The position numbers and the translations under genes are program-made. Of a stretch of 64,000 bases of DNA, positions 62,334 to 64,000 are shown piece after piece. The notes under the pieces are model-generated. The model searched no databases. It saw nothing but the letters and a program-made list of their open reading frames with translations, and was not told where the DNA came from. Position 1 is the first letter of the stretch, and each line of letters opens with the position of its first letter. The DNA comes from Proteromonas lacertae (Eukaryota), in the NCBI GenBank assembly GCA_002245135.1, contig NGBS01001197.1, positions 1 through 64,000 on the forward strand. Direction: 5' to 3'.

Positions 62334-64000
62334 ATGGGCTGTTCATATAGTAATATGTTAAACAGTTCATTTATGTCAGATGCTCATCTACTTAATGGAA
62401 GTGATGTTCATCTAAATTTCTTAGATAACATATTTGATTCAAAGATTAATGTATATTGCATATAATTGACATGTAGCTACAAATAAAATTATCCAATTTG
62501 CCAATTGATGAAGGCGACACGAATTTTTCAATACTAATGGTTGTATTCTTAAATGAAGGTAGAAAACTGTGGAAGGAGATTTATCGAAGTGATGTTGTTT
62601 ATATTCCTGGTAAAGAGTATAAAATTAGTGATTTACTTGATAACTAGATATGAATTTATGGATTCTATACCAATGATATACAAATTTGAAGTCCCGCAAC
62701 TTTTAAGATTTAGAGTTTACAAAGTTATCGATTTTGAACATCCAAATGATGGAATTGACATAGAAAAGCAAACATTTTTAGGTGAAAACGAACATGCAGT
62801 TTCAAAATTAGTAATGAATGAAGAATCAAGGGTTATAAGTAAATTAACAGTAAAATCCGAAGAAACTCAAATAGTTATGGTAATAGATGTATTAGAAAAT
62901 AGTCCAAATGAATTAGTGTCTATAAAATTAGCAGCAACAGGTATAAATATAATTTATGTAGTTATTTAGAAATTAATTATCCTCGATATTTGAAATCTCC
63001 AAAACCATTATGTGTATTCCTACGAGAAACTGAAAGTACAGTTTACTCACCTATTGCACATACTCAAACGGTAAACAATGCAAAAGATACATTTGAATTT
63101 CCAACATTAGTAACTCCTTATCCTCTCTTCTGTGGTAATAACCCTAACTGCCAGTTTATAATAGAAGTAAACTCCATCAATGATGATGGAAGTACAGTAG
63201 AATTAGGAAGTAACGATAAAGTATATAAATATTTCTATTTTTTTATTGAAATAGTTAAATTTTAAAGATTTGCAAAAGAAAACTCCAATAACATTAAAAG
63301 ATATAAATAAAAATAGAATTGGTAAAATTGATATAATAGATTTTGATATAATTAATACTGATCAGACGTTTTATAATTATATAAAGAATGGATTGCAGTT
63401 TCAATTGAATATTCATATGTCTTTCACCACTGCAAATGGACCTTATTCATCTCCTGATAGTTTTCATTATTTATCTGAAAATTTAAATTCGTATATATAT
63501 ATTATTATTATTATTACTTATTCTTATTTCTATCTCATTTTTTTTTCCTGTTTATTATTATATTATTGTACGTATAGTTATCAATTAATAATCACTAAAG
63601 TTATTGACACATTAGATATCTATTTATATAATCATCAAATAAATCTCTTTGCTTTAGGTAGTAAAACCAATAACACTGTAAATATATCATATAAAATGAA
63701 TGAGAATCCAGTATAATATATATATATATATATATAATTTAAATAGTTGACAAAGATAGAAGATGTAATGGAATGTTATTCATCAGCTGTTAAAACACTT
63801 CAATCCTCATACATCTTTAGGATTTTCAGGAATATTTGACGATGCAATTTCTACACTTCAAATATTACCAAAAACAGTATTTTTAGTAGAAGTAATGATT
63901 GTTCATGAATATCCAACTGATATTGGATCTTGTCTATCTAAAATTGATATTATATCCTTTTTATTATTATTTTTTAATAAAGTTTCTTTAATTTTTTTCT
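62334..64000 (+). CDS. Divergent copine-like protein (C2-C2-vWA), partial
   Basis: MGCS N-terminal acylation motif; YKFEVPQLLRFRVY..QTFLGE; FYNYIKNGLQFQLNIHMSFTTANG..PDSFHY. Confidence 0.8.

Overview
Very AT-rich, gene-dense eukaryotic DNA with tiny (about 27-50 nt) GT-AG introns. This looks like a protist, probably a stramenopile of the Blastocystis/Opalinata type; that is an inference from intron size and a mastigoneme-type EGF protein, not a proven identification. Two thirds of the window is one giant inverted duplication: left arm <1-19467, unique spacer 19468-24963, right arm 24964->42513. Each arm carries two intron-containing tRNA-Tyr modules flanking a NEK-like pseudokinase, kinesin-5, a Zn-finger/PWWP-like gene, a pseudokinase-LRR gene, a 1.3-kaa secreted EGF (Sig1/mastigoneme-like) protein, an IQ/coiled-coil protein with a degenerate kinesin fold, an HMG/Myb-like gene and an LRR gene. 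The arms are nearly identical with four main exceptions. (i) The middle of the secreted EGF protein is a patchwork of near-identical and strongly diverged blocks, which is the best candidate for an undescribed variant surface-protein system. (ii) A defective Tc1/mariner element and a 44-bp deletion inactivate the left pseudokinase-LRR gene. (iii) A 1-bp insertion breaks the right LRR gene. (iv) The tRNA modules are homogenised within each arm. The remainder encodes Vms1/ANKZF1, a giant GRIP golgin with a 1635-bp internal duplication, a Ubl-PI4K type II-gamma, a GDSL phospholipase B, an R3H protein, a PH protein and a divergent copine. All calls come from reading motifs by eye. Exon boundaries are manual and approximate, and no database searches were run.
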